64,000 nt of DNA from an uncultured Candidatus Rokubacteria bacterium (GTDB taxonomy: Bacteria > Methylomirabilota > Methylomirabilia > Rokubacteriales > CSP1-6): the NCBI GenBank assembly GCA_963747235.1, contig CAVVEU010000040.1:1-64000 (forward strand), given 5' to 3'. Numbering within the stretch: the first letter of the stretch is position 1; each line of letters begins with the position of its first letter. Under the pieces are notes generated by a model. It did not search any database. It worked only from the letters and a program-made list of their open reading frames with translations, and was not told where the DNA came from. Of the stretch, positions 60,125 to 64,000 are shown in pieces. The position numbers and the translations under genes were made by a program.

Positions 60125-61297
60125 CTAGCCGCCGGCCAGCCGCGCCAGCACCGGCTCCATCCGCTCGAGCGCCTTCCGCAGATTGGCCTCGGCGCTGGCG
60201 TACGAGAGCCGCAGGTACCCTTCCCCGTACTCGCCGAACGCGGAGCCGCCCAGCACCGCGACGCCCGCCTCCCGGAGCAGGGTCTCCGCCACCTCGACCG
60301 AGGGCCGCTTGAGCGCCTTGATGTTCGGGAACACGTAGAAGGCCCCGCGCGGCGAGCGGCAGGAGACGCCGGGCAGCCGGTTGAGCCCGGCCACCAGCAC
60401 GTCGCGCCGCCGCTTGAACTCGGCCACCATCTCGATCACCGGCGTCTGGTCGCCCTGCAGCGCGGCGATGCCCGCCATCTGGGTGAACGAGGCGGTGCAC
60501 GAGTTGGAGTTCACCATCAGGCGCGTCACGTGCTCGGCCAGCGCCACCGGCATCACCCCGTAGCCCAGCCGCCAGCCGGTCATCGCGAACGACTTCGAGA
60601 AGCCGTCCAGGATGATGACCAGGTCCTTCATCCCCGGGAAGCGGGTGATCGAGGCGAACTCGCCCTCGTAGAGGAAGGACTTGTAGATCTCGTCGGAGAG
60701 CACCGGGATGCGGTAGGTCTTCGCGATCTCCGCGATGCGCCCGAGCTGCTCCACTTCCAGCACGCCGCCGGTCGGGTTCTGGGGCGAGTTGATGATGATG
60801 AGCTTGGTCTTGCGCGAGACGCTCTTCTCGAGCACGTCGAGGTCGAAGCCGAAGCCGCTCTCCTCGCGGAGCGGGATCGGCACCGGCTTGCCGCCGACGA
60901 AGTTGATCACGGATTCGTAGATCGGGAAGCCGGGATTGGGATGGACGACCTCGTCGCCGGGATTCACCAGCGCGGTGATCACGAAGTACATGATGGGCTT
61001 GGCCCCGGGCGTCACCACCACCTCGTCGGTGGAGACCGGGATGCTGCGCGTGCCCTCCACGTCCTTGACGATCGCCTCTCGCAGCTCGGGCAGGCCCGCG
61101 GCCGGCCCGTAGTGGGTCGCCCCGCTATCGAGCGCGCGCTTGGCCGCGTCGCGGATGTGGACCGGGGTGTCGAAGTCCGGCTCCCCGATCTCGAGGTGGA
61201 TGATCTCCTTGCCCTGCCGCTCGAGGGCCTTCGCGCGCGCCAGGACCTCGAACGCCGATTCCGTGCCGAGCCGCGACATCCGATCCGCAAAGTTCAT
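60125..61297 (-). CDS. Class I/II PLP aminotransferase (aspartate aminotransferase-like)
   Basis: IGEPDF, NSPQNPTG, SDEIY, GFSKSFAMTGWRLG, GAFY, LRLSYA. Confidence 0.93.
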   Translation of the reverse strand: MNFADRMSRLGTESAFEVLARAKALERQGKEIIHLEIGEPDFDTPVHIRDAAKRALDSGATHYGPAAGLPELREAIVKDVEGTRSIPVSTDEVVVTPGAKPIMYFVITALVNPGDEVVHPNPGFPIYESVINFVGGKPVPIPLREESGFGFDLDVLEKSVSRKTKLIIINSPQNPTGGVLEVEQLGRIAEIAKTYRIPVLSDEIYKSFLYEGEFASITRFPGMKDLVIILDGFSKSFAMTGWRLGYGVMPVALAEHVTRLMVNSNSCTASFTQMAGIAALQGDQTPVIEMVAEFKRRRDVLVAGLNRLPGVSCRSPRGAFYVFPNIKALKRPSVEVAETLLREAGVAVLGGSAFGEYGEGYLRLSYASAEANLRKALERMEPVLARLAGG

Positions 61298-61322
61298 GGT
61301 GGCGCCGATTATACTCGACGCC

Positions 61323-62022
61323 ATGGACCTGGTGCCCACGGACCTGGTGGAGGTCCCCGCCGGCTGGTTCTGGATGGGCTGGGAGCACGGCCATCCGGGC
61401 GAGCGGCCGCGCCACCGGGTCTGGCTCGATCGCTTCGCCATCGCCCGGGCGCCGGTGACCAATCGCGAGTACGCGGGCTTTCTCGCGGACGGCGAGACCG
61501 AGCCGCCGGCCTGGTGGCAGGACTCGCGCTTCAACGACCCCGAGCAGCCGGTGGTCGGGGTGAGCTGGTTCGACGCGACGCGCTTCTGCCGGTGGCTGGC
61601 CGATCGCGAAGGCGTGTCCTGCCGGCTCCCGACCGAGGCCGAGTGGGAGAAGGCCGCGCGGGCCGGCCTCGACGACGCGCGCTTCCCCTGGGGCGACGAC
61701 CGGCCCACGGCGGCCGCCTTCGACCGGCCGCCCCGTCCGACCGACACGCCCGGCCAATGCGCTCGGCCTGGTCGCCCTCTCGGGCGTGTGCCACGAGTGG
61801 TGTCTGGACTGGGAGGACGAGGCCTACTACGCGCGATCGCCGTCGCTCAACCCGCGAGGGCCGGAGACGGGCACGCGCCGCGTGTCACGGGGCGGGGCCT
61901 GGCGGCATCAGGACGCGTGGAGCCCGGTGGCGCATCGCTCCTCGCTGCCACCGGCGCTACGCTACTCGGACTACGGCTTCAGAGTGCTCAGCGAGGCCCA
62001 CGCTCGAGCACGTCGCGCCTGA
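61323..62022 (+). CDS. Formylglycine-generating-enzyme (SUMF1)-fold protein, frameshift near 61752
   Basis: VPAGWFWMG, PVTNREY, PVVGVSW, RLPTEAEWEKAAR, then EWCLDW, RGGAW, GFR. Confidence 0.82.
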
Positions 62023-62524
62023 GCTCCTGGAACGCCACCCGGACGATCGCGTGGGACGCGGTGAAGCGCGAGTCCATCTCCGCCCGGAGGCCCGTGCCGA
62101 GCCGCTCGATGGCCTCCGTGTTGGCCGCCACGCCTTCCGCGACCGCCCGCACGTCGGCGCGGATGGATTCGCCGACCACGTCGAAGTGCCGGCGGGTCTC
62201 CTCGGCAATCTCCCTCATCTCCCGCCGCAGATCATCCGCCTGCGCCCTCATCTCCTGCTTTCGACTCGCGGTTTCCACCCGCAACTGCTGATCCAGATCC
62301 ACCAGCCCTTCCCTCAGGCTCGTCGTCTCCGCCATCAGCGCCTGCCGCAGCTTGACCGTCTCCGTCGTCAAGTCCTGCCGCAGCTCGGACGTCTCCGCCC
62401 GGATGGCTGCCGTCTCCGTCCTGAGCTCCTGCCGCAGCTCGGCCGTCTCGGCGGTGCCGGCGCGGATCTCCTGGCGAAGGCCCGCCAGGGCGGCGTCGAG
62501 GTAGGCGCGCGTCTCGGGGTCCAC
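61988..62524 (-). CDS. Repeat-rich coiled-coil protein (178 aa)
   Basis: 7/11-aa repeats (AETAELRQELR, AETSELRQDLT...) then ETRRHFDVVGESIRADVRAVAEG. Confidence 0.7.
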   Translation of the reverse strand: MDPETRAYLDAALAGLRQEIRAGTAETAELRQELRTETAAIRAETSELRQDLTTETVKLRQALMAETTSLREGLVDLDQQLRVETASRKQEMRAQADDLRREMREIAEETRRHFDVVGESIRADVRAVAEGVAANTEAIERLGTGLRAEMDSRFTASHAIVRVAFQELRRDVLERGPR

Positions 62525-62586
62525 GCGATAACTCTAGCGAGCCGGCCGAAACCACGCAAGTGTCTCCACGCGGAGACGCCCGACCG

Positions 62587-64000
62587 CTACACGTCGCGCA
62601 GGGCGGCCTCGGCCTGGCCAAGCCAGTAGCGCATATCCAGCTCGCGAAGCAAGCCCACCGCCGCGGTGAGCCGCTCCGTCGCCGCGGCCCCGTCGCCCGC
62701 CCGGCGCGCCAGCTCACCCAGCCCGAGCTGGCAGAGCGCCTCCAGCGGGCGCATCTCGAGCGCGCGAGCCCGCGCCAGCGCGTCGGCGTAGTGCTCGGCC
62801 GCGCGCGTGCCCTGCCCGGCCCGCGCCGCAACCTCGCCGGCCATCCGCACCACGATCGCCGCGTACCCCTGCTCGGCATGCTCGGCCGCGAGCCGCTGCG
62901 CCTGATCGGCCACGTCGCCCGCGTCATCCACGCGCCCGGCCAGCAGATAGCCCTCGGCGAGCCACGCCAGGCGCAGCGCGTGCCGGCTCAGGATGCGCAG
63001 CGCGCACGCGCGGCGCACGCCTTCCTCGAGCAGCACGCACGCCGTCCTCCACGCGCCCGCTCCGCGCGTGGGCGACGCCGCGCGCGCAGAGCAGCATGGG
63101 GAGCCACGCGGTGAGATCCATCTCCCGGGAGAATGCGATGCCCCGGTCGAGGACTGGCCCGGCCTCGTCGAGATGCCCCTGGCTCAGGTGCACGAACCCC
63201 AGCGTCATGACCGCGCCCGCCAGGCTCCACGGATGCTCGGGGCTCTCCGCGAGAGCCACGCCCTCGCGCGCGCAGGCCAGCGCGTCGGCGAAATCGCCGG
63301 TGTCGGCCAGCGAGGCGGCGAGCCAGATGCGCGCGGCCACCGAGACGAGGCCCGCCATGCCCCAGCGCTCACGGCTGAGCGCGCCGTCCACCGCGTACAC
63401 CGCGCGGCCGAGATGCCGCTGCGCGGCGCGATAGTCGCCGAGCACGTGATGGGCCTGGCCGAGCCCGAAGGCGGCGACGATCTGGAGCGCGTCGTCCCGC
63501 AGCGCCCGCCCGGCGTCCAGCGCGCGCTCGGCCGCCCGGATGGCGGCGGCCTGCTCGCCCAGCGTGTAGTGCGACTGGGTGAGATACGCCGACACCCAGC
63601 CGAGGCGCCGCCGGTCGCCCAGCGCCTCGGCCTGGACGGCCGCGCGGCGCAGGTGATCGAGGGTACGGGTGAACTCGCCGAGCGGCGCGAGTGACGCGCG
63701 CAGATCGAACACGAGATCGATGGCCGTCTCCAGCGCGGGCCCGCGCGCGCCGTCGGCCTCCAGGATCTCGAGCGCCTGCTCGAAGAAGCCGACCGCCTCC
63801 CGGTGCGCCGAGCGCGCCGCCGCCTTGGTCCCCGCCTGGCGCAGGTAGTCCACCGCCCGGTCGCGCAGACCGCCGCGCAGGGCGTGGTGGGCCAGCCGCT
63901 CCACGTGCTCGCCCAGGCGCCCGGCATACAGCCGCTCGATCGCGTCCACGATGCGCGCGTGCAGCGCGCGCCGTGTCTCGTGCAGCAGGCTGCCGTAGGC
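62587..64000 (-). CDS. C-terminal winged-helix/TPR part of a STAND (cyclase-AAA-TPR type) protein; frameshift near 63037; 5' end outside the window
   Basis: AYGSLL...RRALHARI...LAHHA...AVDYL...AG...SAHREA, TPR helices, ending MRYWL...AE. Confidence 0.82.

Noticed and set aside
3393-62629. Very long antisense/alternate-frame ORFs (e.g. 4746-6482 part of 3393..6482 -, 35715..38453 -, 58367..62629 +, 20023..22164 +)
   Set aside because: Shadow ORFs of real genes caused by high GC3; no family motifs

Overview
GC-rich bacterial sequence with many apparent single-base indels, consistent with a long-read or metagenome assembly. It looks like two unrelated segments joined at ~8790. The left part (1-8790) is heavily frameshifted and actinobacterial-looking (MFS, DoxX, uvrB, GMC oxidoreductase). 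The right part resembles Candidatus Rokubacteria/Methylomirabilota (taxonomy is my inference). It carries DUF1800/DUF1501, a HTH/propeller/DUF899 trio, a gamma-glutamyltransferase, two STAND-type cyclase genes, tRNA-Glu/tRNA-Gln, HU, futalosine-pathway menaquinone genes, queE/queC, a NuoEF fusion plus Cys-type formate dehydrogenase, citrate synthase with a divergent HTH gene, cell-wall hydrolases, a chromate-resistance operon, a DNA-repair radical SAM gene and aminotransferases. Best finding: an operon at 57190-54620 (-) appears to encode two tandem UGA-recoded selenoproteins missed by the ORF track. One is a UxxC protein-disulfide oxidoreductase and the other a 50-aa single-TM mini-protein (T-U-x5-C). 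Both UGAs are followed by hairpins with the same CGUG(A/C) apical loop. Other signals: a palindromic repeat translated as the NuoE-NuoF linker, a shared SOS-like box, a 10-bp-phased operator, a sigma-54 promoter and pervasive leaderless promoters.
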